Shown here piece by piece: positions 25,121-36,825 of a stretch of 64,000 nt of DNA; position 1 is the stretch's first letter; each line of letters starts with the position of its first letter. Both the position numbers and the translations under genes were made by a program. The stretch is from Mobula hypostoma (Eukaryota): NCBI RefSeq assembly GCF_963921235.1, contig NC_086097.1, positions 120,344,001-120,408,000 on the forward strand. The letters are read 5' to 3'. The notes under the pieces were generated by a model, which was not told where the DNA came from, ran no database searches, and saw only the letters and a program-made list of their open reading frames with translations.

Positions 25121-25195
25121 GCAGCACACACAAAGGGCCGAGGATTTATGACAAAAAGTACAGTCGACGCTTCATACCAAGACCCTTCAGAAGGA
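25121..25195 (-). mobile_element. 75-bp diverged Penelope pseudo-LTR insertion
   Basis: gcagcacacacaaag...cagtcgacgcttcataccaagacccttcagaagga, flanked by a 10-bp TSD CTTCCTCCTT (25111-25120 and 25196-25205). Confidence 0.8.
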
Positions 25196-25667
25196 CTTCC
25201 TCCTTCTTGACATCTAAGGGCTCTAACATATTTATACACTCAGCACTGATCTCCTGGTCCTCCATATCCTTTTCCTTGGTAAATACTGAAGCAAAGTACT
25301 CAATAAGTACCTCACTTACATTCTCTGCATCCAGGCAAATGATACCCCCTTTATCTTTGAGTGGCCCCACCCACTCCCTAGTTATCCTTCTATTCCTTAT
25401 ATGTGTGTGTGTATATATATATATATAGAATGCCTTGGGATTCACCTTAATCCTACTTACCAAGGGTTCTTCATGGCTCCTCCTGGCTTCCCTAATTCCC
25501 TTCCTTAGTTCTTTTCTGGCTTCTTTATATTCCTCTCGTGCTTTGTTTGATCCAAACTTCCAAAGCTTTAAATACATTTTCTTTTCCTTCTTGACTAAAT
25601 TCATCACCTCTCTGGACATCCAAGGTTCTCTTATATTTCCATCCCTGTCGTTCCTTCTAACAGGAAC

Positions 25668-28342
25668 GTAGAAAGGAAGGACATAAGCCGGGAAGATGTG
25701 GAATCGATATGGGTAGAGCTGCGTAACACTAAGGGGCAGAAGACGCTGGTGGGAGTTGTGTACAGGCCACCTAACAGTAGTAGTGAGGTCGGAGATGGTA
25801 TTAAACAGGAAATTAGAAATGTGTGCAATAAAGGAACAGCAGTTATAATGGGTGACTTCAATCTACATGTAGACTGGGTGAACCAAATTGGTAAAGGTGC
25901 TGAGGAAGAGGATTTCTTGGAATGTATGCGGGATGGTTTTTTGAACCAACATGTCGAGGAACCGACTAGAGAGCAGGCTATTCTGGACTGGGTTTTGAGC
26001 AATGAGGAAGGGTTAATTAGCGATCTTGTCGTGAGAGGCCCCTTGGGTAAGAGTGACCATAATATGGTGGAATTCTTCATTAACATGGAGAGTGACGTAG
26101 TTAATTCAGAAACAAAGGTTCTGAACTTAAAGAGGGGTAACTTTGAAGGTATGAGACATGAATTAGCTAAGATAGACTGGCAAATGACACTTCAAGGATT
26201 GACGGTGGATATGCAATGGCAGGCATTTAAAGGTTGCATGGATGAACTACAACAATTGTTCATCCCAGTTTGGCAAAAGAATAAATCAAGGAAGGTAGTG
26301 CACCCGTGGCTGACAAGAGAAATTAGGGATAGTATCAATTCCAAAGAAGTAGCATACAAATTAGCCAGAGAAAGTGGCTCACCTGAGGACTGGGAGAAAT
26401 TCAGAGTTCAGCAGAGGAGGACAAAGGGCTTAATTAGGAAGGGGAAAAAAGATTATGAGAGAAAACTGGCAGAGAACATAAAAACGGACTGTAAAAGCTT
26501 TTATAGATATGTAAAAAGGAAAAGACTGATAAAGACAAATGTAGGTCCCCTGCAAACAGAAACAGGTGAATTGATTATGGGGAGCAAGGACATGGCAGAC
26601 CAATTGAATAATTACTTTGGTTCTGTCTTCACTAAGGAGGACATAAATAATCTTCCAGAAATAGTAAGGGACAGAGGGTCCAGTGAGATGGAGGAACTGA
26701 GCGAAATACATGTTAGTAGGGAAGTGGTGTTAGGTAAATTGAAGGGATTGAAGGCAGATAAATCCCCAGGGCCAGATGGTCTGCATCCCAGAGTGCTTAA
26801 GGAAGTGGCCCAAGAAATAGTGGATGCATTAGTGATAATTTTTCAAAACTCGTTAGATTCTGGACTAGTTCCTGAGGATTGGAGGGTGGCTAATGTAACC
26901 CCACTTTTTAAAAAAGGAGGGAGAGAGAAACCGGGGAATTATAGGCCGGTTAGCCTAACGTCGGTGGTGGGGAAACTGCTGGAGTCAGTTATCAAGGATG
27001 TGATAACAGCACATTTGGAAAGCGGTGAAATGATCGGACAAAGTCAGCATGGATTTGTGAAAGGAAAATCATGTCTGAAGAATCTCATAGAATTTTTTGA
27101 GGATGTAACTAGTAGAGTGGATAGGGGAGAACCAGTGGATGTGGTATATTTGGATTTTCAAAAGGCTTTTGACAAGGTCCCACATAGGAGATTAGTGTGC
27201 AAACTTAAAGCACACGGTATTGGGGGTAAGGTATTGGTGTGGGTGGAGAATTGGTTAGCAGACAGGAAGCAAAGAGTGGGAATAAACGGGACCTTTTCAG
27301 AATGGCAGGCGGTGACTAGTGGGGTACCGCAAGGCTCAGTGCTGGGACCCCAGTTGTTTACAATATATATTAATGACTTGGATGAGGGAATTAAATGCAG
27401 CATCTCCAAGTTTGCGGATGACACGAAGCTGGGTGGCAGTGTTAGCAGTGAGGAGGATGCTAAGAGGATGCAGGGTGACTTGGATAGGTTGGGTGAGTGG
27501 GCAAACTCATGGCAGATGCAATTTAATGTGGATAAATGTGAAGTTATCCACTTTGGTGGCAAAAATAGGAAAACAGATTATTATCTGAATGGTGGCCGAT
27601 TAGGAAAAGGGGAGGTGCAACGAGACCTGGGTGTCATTATACACCAGCCATTGAAAGTGGGCATGCAGGTACAGCAGGCGGTGAAAAAGGCGAACGGTAT
27701 GCTGGCATTTATAGCGAGAGGATTCGAGTACAGGAGCAGGGAGGTACTACTGCAGTTGTACAAGGCCTTGGTGAGACCACACCTGGAGTATTGTGTGCAG
27801 TTTTGGTCCCCTAATCTGAGGAAAGACATCTTTGCCATAGAGGGAGTACAAAGAAGGTTCACCAGATTGATTCCTGGGATGGCAGGTCTTTCATATGAAG
27901 AAAGACTGGATGAACTGGGCTTGTACTCGTTGGAATTTAGAAGATTGAGGGGGGATCTGATTGAAACGTATAAGATCCTAAAGGGATTGGACAGGCTAGA
28001 TGCAGGAAGATTGTTCCCGATGTTGGGGAGGTCTAGAACGAGGGGTCACAGTTTGAGGATAGAGGGGAAGCCTTTTAGGACCGAGGTTAGGAAAAACTTC
28101 TTCACACAGAGAGTGGTGAATCTGTGGAATTCTCTGCCACAGCAAACTGTTGAGGCCAGTTCATTAGCTATGTTTAAAAGGAAGTTAGATATGGCCCTTG
28201 TGGCTACAGGGGTCAGGGGGTATGGAGGGAAGGCTGGGTTCTGAGTTGGATGATCAGCCATGATCATAATAAATGGCGGTGCAGGCTCGAAGGGCCGAAT
28301 GGCCTACTCCTGCACCTATTTTCTATGTTTCTATGTTTCTAT
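25668..28342 (+). mobile_element. Young 5'-truncated CR1 LINE
   Basis: Uninterrupted ORF2, short 3' UTR and (TTTCTATG)n tail. Inserted antisense into the older CR1. Confidence 0.97.
25698..28244 (+). CDS. CR1 ORF2 (APE endonuclease C-terminal part plus reverse transcriptase), 848 aa, N-terminally truncated
   Basis: Motifs VYRPP, MGDFN, GKSDH, KSPGPDG, GNYRPVSLTS, YLDFQKAFDKV, GVPQGSVLGP and SKFADDTKL. The N-terminal YFNARS/ITETW EN motifs seen in other copies are absent. Confidence 0.95.
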   Translation: MESIWVELRNTKGQKTLVGVVYRPPNSSSEVGDGIKQEIRNVCNKGTAVIMGDFNLHVDWVNQIGKGAEEEDFLECMRDGFLNQHVEEPTREQAILDWVLSNEEGLISDLVVRGPLGKSDHNMVEFFINMESDVVNSETKVLNLKRGNFEGMRHELAKIDWQMTLQGLTVDMQWQAFKGCMDELQQLFIPVWQKNKSRKVVHPWLTREIRDSINSKEVAYKLARESGSPEDWEKFRVQQRRTKGLIRKGKKDYERKLAENIKTDCKSFYRYVKRKRLIKTNVGPLQTETGELIMGSKDMADQLNNYFGSVFTKEDINNLPEIVRDRGSSEMEELSEIHVSREVVLGKLKGLKADKSPGPDGLHPRVLKEVAQEIVDALVIIFQNSLDSGLVPEDWRVANVTPLFKKGGREKPGNYRPVSLTSVVGKLLESVIKDVITAHLESGEMIGQSQHGFVKGKSCLKNLIEFFEDVTSRVDRGEPVDVVYLDFQKAFDKVPHRRLVCKLKAHGIGGKVLVWVENWLADRKQRVGINGTFSEWQAVTSGVPQGSVLGPQLFTIYINDLDEGIKCSISKFADDTKLGGSVSSEEDAKRMQGDLDRLGEWANSWQMQFNVDKCEVIHFGGKNRKTDYYLNGGRLGKGEVQRDLGVIIHQPLKVGMQVQQAVKKANGMLAFIARGFEYRSREVLLQLYKALVRPHLEYCVQFWSPNLRKDIFAIEGVQRRFTRLIPGMAGLSYEERLDELGLYSLEFRRLRGDLIETYKILKGLDRLDAGRLFPMLGRSRTRGHSLRIEGKPFRTEVRKNFFTQRVVNLWNSLPQQTVEASSLAMFKRKLDMALVATGVRGYGGKAGF

Positions 28343-28455
28343 GTACCTTCTACTGTACTCTGTGCAATCGATTCATAAACACCCTCCATATGTCTGATGA
28401 GGACTTGGCAAAGAAAAAGTGTTCTCAATTAATGCTTCTTAGTTCCTGCCTAACA

Positions 28456-29916
28456 TAGTCATAGTTATACTTTAATGATCCCGGGGGTAATTGGTTTTCG
28501 TTACAGTTGCAGCATAAATAATTAAACAGTAATAAAACCATAAATAGTTAAATAGTAATATGTAAATCATGCTAGGATATAAGTCCAGGACCAGCCTAAT
28601 GGCTCAGGGTGTCTGACCCTCCAAGACCTGGGTGTCATTATACACCAGTCATTGAAAGTGGGCATGCAGGTACAACAGGCGGTGAAAAAGGCGAATGGTA
28701 TGCTGGCATTTATAGTGAGAGGATTCGAGTACAGGAGCAGGGACGTACTACTGCAGTTGTACAAGGCCTTGGTGAGACCACACCTGGAGTATTGTGTGCA
28801 GTTTTGGTCCCCTAATCTGAGGAAAGACATCTTTGCCATAAAGGGAGTACAAAGAAGGTTCACCAGATTGAATCCTGGGATGGCGGGACTTTCATATGAA
28901 GAAAGACTGGATGAATTGGGCTTGTACTCGTTGGAATTTAGAAGATTGAGGGGGGATCTGATTGAAACGTATAAGATCCTAAAGGGATTGGACAGGCTAG
29001 ATGCAGGAAGATTGTTCCCGATGTTGGGGAAGTCCAGAACGAGGGGTCACAGTTTGAGGATAGAGGGGAAGCCTTTTAGGACTGAGATTAGGAAAAACTT
29101 CTTCACACAGAGAGTGGTGAATCTGTGGAATTCTCTGCCACAGGAAACTGTTGAGGCCAGTTCATTGGCTATATTTAAGAGGGAGTTAGATATGGCCCTT
29201 GTGGCTACGGGGGTCAGGGGGTATGGAGGGAAGGCTGGGGCGGGGTTCTGAGTTGGATGATCAGCCATGATCATAATAAATGGCGGTGCAGGCTCGAAGG
29301 GCCGAATGGCCTACTCCTGCACCTATTTTCTATGTTTCTATATGTTTCTATCTCGGTGGAATGGGTCTCTGGCTGAATGTACTCCTGTGCCCAACCAGTA
29401 CATTATGTAGTAGATGGGAGACATCGACCAAGGTGGCATATAACTTGGACAGCATCCTCTTTTCAGACACCACCGTCAGAGAGTCCAGTTCCATCCCCAC
29501 AACATCACTGGCCTTATGAATGAATTTGTTGATTCTGTTGGTGTCTGCTACCCTCAGCCTGCTGCCCCACTACACAACAGCAAACATGATAGCACTGGCC
29601 ACCACAGACTCGTAGAACATCCTTGGCATCGTCCGGCAGATGGTTAAAGGACCTCAGTCTCCTCAGGAAATAGAGATGGCTCTGTCCCTTCTTGTAGAAA
29701 GCCTCAGTGTTCTTTGACCAGTCCAGTTTATTGTCAATTTGTATCCCCAGGTATTTGTAATCCTCCACCATGTCCACACTGACCCCCTGAATGGAAACAG
29801 GGTGATAATTCTGCTCACACCATGTGACAAAGTTTCCTACCGTAGCCCTATACTCAGCCTCATCTCTCTTGCTAATGCATCCAACTATGGCAGAGTCATC
29901 AGAAAACTTCTGAAGA
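28456..29916 (-). mobile_element. Rex1/Babar 3' fragment inserted in the old CR1
   Basis: YKYLGIQIDNKLDWSKNT...KKGQSHLYFLRRLRSF (29514-29777). 5' end at LQKFSDDS. 5-bp TSD TAACA (28451-28455 and 29917-29921). Confidence 0.85.
28622..29350 (+). mobile_element. Young CR1 3' fragment inserted in the Rex1 copy
   Basis: Nearly identical to 27622-28342 (ORF 28652-29251). Confidence 0.95.
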
Positions 29917-30774
29917 TAACACCCTCATAATTTGTCCTACTCCAATTTAAAACTCTCCCACAAGGGCCATAGCTATCCTTATCTCTAGCTATCCTGAAAG
30001 ATAAGGAGATGTGTTCACTGTTCCTAACTACACATCCATTGAATGTTGAGTCACCTGAACAGGCTCATTACCCAACACCTGGACCAGAACGGCCTCTCCT
30101 CTCCTTACATTGTTCATAAATTGATTTAAAAAACCTTCCTGGATACACTTAACAAATTCAGCTCCATCTAAACCCTTTGCACTAAGAAGACCCCTTTTTA
30201 TAATAGGGAAGTTGAAATCCCCAATGACAAAAACCCTATTATTTTTGCAGATTTCCTCAATCTCAGTACATATCTGTTCCTCCATGTCCTTGAGGCTATC
30301 AGGTGGGGTGGGGGGGTCTGTAGTACAATCCCATCAGTGTAATTGCACCCTTCCTATTCCCAAATCCTACCCAAGCGAACTTGTTGTCTGACTAATCTAT
30401 TATGTCTGTCCTGAGTGCAGCTGTGATATCGTCCCTGATCAGTAGTGCAACTCTACGCCTTCTTTTACCTCCTCCTCTATCTTTTCTAAAACTTTGAAAA
30501 CCTGGGATGTTAATCATCCATTCCTGCCCCTCTCCTAACCAAGTTTTAGTAATAGCTACAACATTATAGTTCCATGTACTGATCCATGCTCTAAGTTCAT
30601 CATCCTTACCCATAATACTCCTGGCATTAAAATATATATACTTCAAATTGTCCACCTATTATACCTGGTATTTTGATTTTGCCTTTCAGTATTTTTCCTG
30701 ACATCACTGTCCGATCCTTCCCTAACTGACTTGGGTCTCCGGTTCTCAGTCCCCTACAAAACTAGTTTAAAGTT

Positions 30775-30975
30775 CAGCGCATCAGAACTTGGAGATCAAA
30801 TCTGATATCATCTGTATGGTGTTGGTACATCCCCCCAATAAATGTGCATATTTTCTCTGGGTGCTCCAGTCTCCTCCTACATTCCAATGTTGCACCAGTT
30901 AGGAGGTTATTTAGCCATCGTAAATTGTCCTGTGATTAGGCTAGGATTAAATAGTTGGGTGGCTTGGCTGTATCT
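30775..30975 (+). mobile_element. Degraded V-SINE-like SINE
   Basis: V-domain-like ttttctctgggtgctccagtctcctcctacattccaa and cgtaaattgtcc. Confidence 0.6.
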
Positions 30976-31059
30976 CTAAATAAATGGATAACGATCCTCA
31001 CGTATTTCTCTTATGCAGGATGAGATCTTTTCATTAAAAGCCTCCCATTCTCTTTTTTC

Positions 31060-31897
31060 ATCTGATTTCCTGTAAATTATTTTTCGGATACTCGCTGGAG
31101 TCAAGGTCTTTTTAAAATCAACATCCAACTGATCAATTATTATTAACTTTAACAAAAGCAATCTGTAAAATACAGCATGATTATGTTGTGATTTTGTTTT
31201 GTTTTCTACCAGAGAAAAATGCTAAAACATTCTAAAATTCAGTTTTACTTAGAGAGCCATATTTGGCAGGAGAAATCTGTTGTAAATTATTCATCTTGAG
31301 AGTTTGACAGATAAAGTGTTAAGATTTTTGTTTAAAATATACAGTAAATATACAGGAAGCAGCAAGTAAAATAATTAAAAAATATTTCATGTAACTATCT
31401 GCAAGTTATATTTGTGAAGATATTGTTCCATTTTTTAATTCAGCAGTATAGATTAGTTATTGGATGGTGTACATAATGATTTTCTATAGTTAAAGTCCTT
31501 ACCTTAGGCATGATAATTATTTATTTCCTTGTCCAAATAACTCTTGATCATTATTACTTCTCATTTCAAAGTCAATATCATTTCAAAAAGTGCAGAAATG
31601 ATTGCTTAATTAAACAGATACACTAAGATGGCTCACTAGCTTCAATGATCAAACACATTCCTTGACTTCAAATATTGGACTGTTACTAAGATGTGAAAAG
31701 ATCAAATTGCATTATTTCTCCAATTTTCTGTGAATTTTTTATCAAATGCCTTTAGGAGTTATATTTTTAAAATCAACTTACAATTGATAAACTATCCATT
31801 AACAAAAGCGGTCTGTAAAAATACAGCATAGCTAAGTTATTAAGTGTGATCTTGTTTTTTTCTACTGGAGAAAAATACAAAATATTCTGAAATTCAC
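31060..31897. repeat. Diverged local direct duplication (about 31060-31240 and 31720-31897)
   Basis: Shared blocks ttttaaaatcaac, ttaacaaaagc..tctgtaaaa(a)tacagcat, ttttctac..gagaaaaat and attct.aaattca appear in the same order in both copies. Confidence 0.8.
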
Positions 31898-32394
31898 ATG
31901 GCTTCAAGGCCTGAGGCACTTGAGGTCAAGAGAGAGGGAAGAGCATCAACGTGTTATGAAGGAAGGGAGTTTAGAGCATATATTAAGATGGAGGAGAAGA
32001 GCATGTGAAACAGATTAGAGATGGAGTGGACATTGATGAGATGATTTCAGTCACCTTACTTTCAAGGACTCTACAACTCATTTTCTCAGATTGATTTATT
32101 TATTTGTTTGTTTTTGTATTTGCACAGTTAGCCTCTTTTTGCATATTGGCTGCCTGTCAGCCTTTGTGTATACTTATTCATTGATTCTGTGGTATTTATT
32201 TGTCCTACTGCGAGTGCCTGAAAGAAAATGAATCTCAGAGTTGTATATGGTGACATATATATGTATTTTAGTTCTAAATTTGCTTTGAACTTTGAGATGG
32301 AGCAGGCTAATGTACTTAATATGAATTTTCCTGTGATGGAACCCATGTGGTGGATATCGCTGTTCACTGGTTTCCTTACTAAAATGGACCCATC

Positions 32395-33262
32395 TAGAGT
32401 CATAGAGACAGAGAAAAGTGCAACACAGAAACAGGCCCTTTGGCCCAACTAGTCTGTGCTGAGCCATTTGAACTGGCTCCTCCCATCGATAAGCACCGGG
32501 ACCATAGTCCTCCATACCTCTATCATCCATGTACCTATCCAGACTTCTCTTAAGTATTGAAATCGAGCTTGCATGCACCACTTGTTCAGGCAGCTCATTC
32601 CACACTCTCATGACCCTCTGAGTAAAGAGGTTTCTTCTCACGTTCCCCTTAAACATTTCGCCTTTCACCCTTAACCCATGATCTCTAGTTGCATTTCCAC
32701 CCAGCTTCAGTGGAAAAAGCCTGTTTGCATTTCATAGAAACATAGAAACATAGAAAATAGGTGCAGGAGTAGGCCATTCAGCCCTTCGAGCCTGCACCGC
32801 CATTTATTATGATCATGGCTGATCATCCAACTCAGAACCCCGCCCCAGCCTTCCCTCCATACCCCCTGATCCCCGTAGCCACAAGGGCCATATCTAACTC
32901 TCTCTTAAATATAGCCAATGAACTGGCCTCAACTGTTTCCTGTGGCAGAGAATTCCACAGATTCACCACTCTCTGTGTGAAGAAGTTTTTCCTAATCTCG
33001 GTCCTAAAAGGCTTCCCCTTTATCCTCAAACTGTGACCCCCTTGTTCTGGACTTCCCCAACATCGGAAACAACCTTCCTGCATCTAGCCTGTCCAATCCC
33101 TTTCTATATCCCTCATTATTTTGTATACCTTTATCAAATCTCCTCTGAATCTTCTATATTCCAAGGAATAAGTTTCTAACTCAGGTCTTCCAGACCCAGC
33201 AACAACCTTGTAAATTTTCTCTATTTTCTCAACCTTATTTACATGTTTCCTGTTGGAAGGTT
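32395..33262 (-). mobile_element. Older CR1 3' fragment containing a young CR1 3' fragment (32733-33100)
   Basis: ORF 32174-32668 contains FTQRVMRVWNELP. The insert is the near-identical reverse complement of about 28983-29345 and has its own tail. Confidence 0.9.
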
Positions 33263-33409
33263 TCATTTCAAATGGAATTTAAAATGGTGATTTTGGCCTT
33301 AAATCAGAATCGGGTTTATTATCACTGATGTATGTCATGAAATGTGTTGTTAGTGGCAGTAAAATCAAGAGGGGAAGTGCATTAAGGTACATCAGGTCTG
33401 TTGTTGAAC

Positions 33410-36400
33410 TGTGACAAGAGACTTAGGTGAGGACGGTAAGGAGTATCCAAGATTAGACTGGAGACATACTCGAGATTGAAACAAGAACATAGTTCTTGAC
33501 TAGATGCTAGATGAGAATCTAAGCAAGACAGAAATCTAAAAACACAATTGCAGACTGAAGTAAAGTTGATCTGATGATTGAGCTCCGATCCTGAGTTCAG
33601 GTATGAAAATCCTGGCACCAAAACATGGCTGCCAATTAGTGGATTGAGCCTGAATTTTTGAAGTGGCCACAGCAGCTATCCATACTCTGGAGAATTGGAA
33701 CATCTAAACCCCAGAAGCTAGAGTGGTTGCGTGGATCCCATAACAAGACCCCCCTCCCGTATACCCAACTGTTGACAGCCCTGGATGATCGGGGTGAGAT
33801 TGACGGCTATCGTGGATCAGAGCTGGGTCCAGGATGTCCATTTCTGGAACCCAGCACCATTCCTCAGGTCCAAACCCTTCCCAGTCAACGAGGAACTGCC
33901 AAATTCTCTCAATGGTGAAAACCTGTTCTCCATCAACAAATCTGGGAGACAGCAGGGCTGATGGTGGTGGGGTTAAAGGACTGGTATTCACAAGTTTCAA
34001 TATGGGTATATGGAAGGTGGGATTGATCATAAGGGCCTTGGGGAGTTGGAAGGTGTAAGCAACTGGGTTCATTTTCTTAAGAACCTGGAAGGGTCCAATC
34101 TACTTTTTCACCAGTTTCCATGACTTCATCCATTGTGAATAGACATGCGGACTTCTTGCCCAGGCTGCAAAGCTGGTCCCTCTCTTCTCTTACGGTTGGC
34201 CAACAAGAATCTCCCTTATCCTAGTCCATTTCTCTTTGCAGCATTAACTGAGATCTTTGGCAGCAGGAACCCCATTCTCGGCTTCTTACACAGAGAGAAT
34301 ACCCAAATTGGCATTCAAACAGGGATATCCTATGCACAGAATGCTGTACTGTGTCGTGGGTGACCTCTGTCCATATCAAACAATCACACCACTCGTTTGT
34401 TTTCTCTGAGGCCAGGCATCTCAGGGATTGCTCCATATACTGGTTCTGGCATTTTGTTTGACTTTTGGACTGCGATTGAATCCAGAGGAAAGGCTTGCTG
34501 TAGACCTGATCAGTGTACAGAATACCCTCCAAAATGGGACATGAATTGTGGACCATCATCCAACACAATGCCCACCGGAAATCTATGGATACTGAAGACC
34601 TGATAAAGGACGATCTCAGCTGTCTCCACTGCTGATGGTAGTTTGTCCAATGCTGTGAACTTACATGCATTGGAGAAGCATTCTAAGATCACTGTGATGA
34701 TGGTTTTCGCCTAGGAAGTCAGAAGAGCTGTGACAAGGTCCATGGAGATGTGAGCTCATGATCTGTCTGGATCAGGCAGAGGGTAAAGAAGCCCCTGAGG
34801 TTGGGTGTGGGTCTCCTTGTTCTGGGCGCACACCTCACATGCTTGCATTTATCTCAGGTCTCTCACCACTCCAGGCCATCAGTATCTCCTCTTAATGAAC
34901 GCGAGGGTTCTGGCATGGTCATGCCAGATGCGTGTCACCATTGAAGAACCTTAGACCTGACAGAACCTGGGATGAACAAATGATTTAGAGGACCGTTCCT
35001 GAGAATCTCCCCTAATGCCTAAGCCTTGTGAACAAGTCCTTTGATTCGCCAACGAATGGGCACTATTGTAGGTCGTCACAATTAAAATGGCAGAGGTGTC
35101 TTATGTTCAGGAGAAGCAGTAGAAACTCATTTATTGAGCACTAAAAACTGAACACAAAACAAGGTAAAAGTCCTTTGCATAATCACATCATCTTGTCAGA
35201 ACAGAATCTGAAAATGAAACTCCAACTCAATGTCGGTAGTTGTGAATTATGTATATTTTCAACAGTAATGTTCCCCTAGACTATCACCGTAGCTTGGGGG
35301 AAAATGGTGGTAGGCTGCTGATTTTATTGGGTTCATCGAACTGACGAGAAAAGGCAACCGGTTTTTGATTCTTTGACCCTGGTCATCAGGTCAGAATAAA
35401 ATTGAACTGGTTAAAGAAAAGAGACCTCCTGGTCTGTCTGGAATTCAGTCTTTTGGCCTCCTGACAATAAGCTAAGCTTTCGTGGTCTGTCCACACAATA
35501 AAAGGCTTCTTGCCCCTCTCAAGCCAGTGACATCATTCCTCCAATGCCAACTTGACCACGTTCATCTCCGCCAGGGGTAGATGTCTGGAAAATAATGCAC
35601 ATGTCTGTGGATGAATATACGAGAGGGTCCGTTGAGTTGAAACTGCACCCATTCCGATGTCTGAAGTGTCCACCTCCATGACAAAGACGAGGTCTAGGTT
35701 AGGTGAAACCAAAGTGGGAGCTGTCGTGAACTTCTGTTTGAATTCTGAACAAAAGGGTCTGTAGATCTTTTAATTAATGTTGTCAGCGGAGCTACCACTC
35801 AGCTGAAGATCCTGACAACATTTCTGTAAAAGTTGGCAAATCCCAGAAATTGGTGGACTTACTTCACACTGGATGGTTATAGTCTCTGACTGCCAGTGTC
35901 TTAGTAGGGCACATCTTGAGATTGCCATTCGAGATAATAAACCCAAAAATCAAATGGTTGTCACATGGAACTTGGATTTTTCAAATGAAGCTCTGAAGTG
36001 AGCAACGTGCTCCTTCAGGGACTTTGAGAAAATCAGGATGCCGTCCGAGCAGACGAATGCGTACTTATAGAGAGCATGTCGTTTATAATGGCCTGAAGAA
36101 TTGCTGGTGCATTAGCAAGGCCAAAGGGCATAACCAGGTACTCATTGTATGTTGAATGCAGTCTTCCATTCATCACCCTCCTTTATGCAGACCAGATTGT
36201 ATGTACTCTGCAAATCTAGCTTTGAGAATACTCTTGCCCTTTGGAGAATCTCAAAGGTAGTGTTCATGAGCGGAAGGGGGCAATGATTCTTGGCCATTCT
36301 GTAATTCAGCCCGCTAATCAATGCATGTCCGCAGGCTTTCGACCTTTCTCTGTACAAAGAAGAAGCCTGTGCTGGATGGTGAGGTGGAAGGCCAAATGAA

Positions 36401-36825
36401 TCCCATAGTGATCACCTATTCTATGTATTTCTCTATAGCATGTCTCTCCGGGCCCGAAAGTGCAAATGACCCTGTGGAGGATAAGGACCAGCCAATAAGT
36501 CTATTGCACTGTATTGAGTGGGTGTGGTAGAAGAGTTGAGGCCTTTCGCTTGCTTAAGTCCTCTCCAAATCCTTGTAGATGGAGGGGATTTCAACTGGCT
36601 TGGGTGCTGCAACTGCCCCTGAACATTCCTCCCAGGATGACTCCTGAGACTCCTTAGGTAGTGGAGGTGATTCGGCAGACCTCAAGATCTATTCCATAGG
36701 TTCACTAGAGTCTTTTGTTGAAACAGAGTCTAAATCAGAGTTCATACCCGACTCTAGAGACTTGACTGAATCAAAGTCCAAATCCTCACCTGTATCCTCA
36801 GATGATGCCAATGAGGTGCTACAAA
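33410..36825 (-). mobile_element. Degraded chromodomain-bearing Gypsy (chromovirus/sushi-like) element, 5' half missing
   Basis: RT PLPLM...[26 protein letters not shown], integrase core remnants, PVAYTFQLP...INPTFHI and chromodomain FLVDWEGFGPEEWCWVPEMDILDPALI. PPT GGGAGGGGGG then TGTTATG at 33745. Candidate 3' LTR 33410-33745. Confidence 0.88.
35067..35264. mobile_element. Possible short solo LTR inserted in the Gypsy pol
   Basis: AT-rich 198-bp TG...CA segment interrupting pol-like sequence, with AATAAA on the minus strand. No clean TSD seen. Confidence 0.4.

Larger units (their letters stand above)
21905..30770 (-). mobile_element. Old CR1 ORF2 (EN through 3' end) interrupted by at least seven younger insertions
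   Basis: Colinear minus-strand pieces: YFNARSI...VVAITKTWL (30392-30655), VIGDFNFP (30028-30285), tether (25146-25619), NPGNYKPVS...KSCLTNLIE (24725-25003), C-terminus (22804-23456). Confidence 0.85.

Noticed and set aside
26430..28267. Several minus-strand ORFs overlapping the CR1 ORF2
   Set aside because: They are antisense shadows of the LINE coding sequence and recur in each CR1 copy.
28622..29350. Possible tandem duplication or assembly artefact of 27622-28342
   Set aside because: It differs by scattered substitutions and a 6-bp indel and sits inside a separate Rex1 element, so it is an independent insertion.
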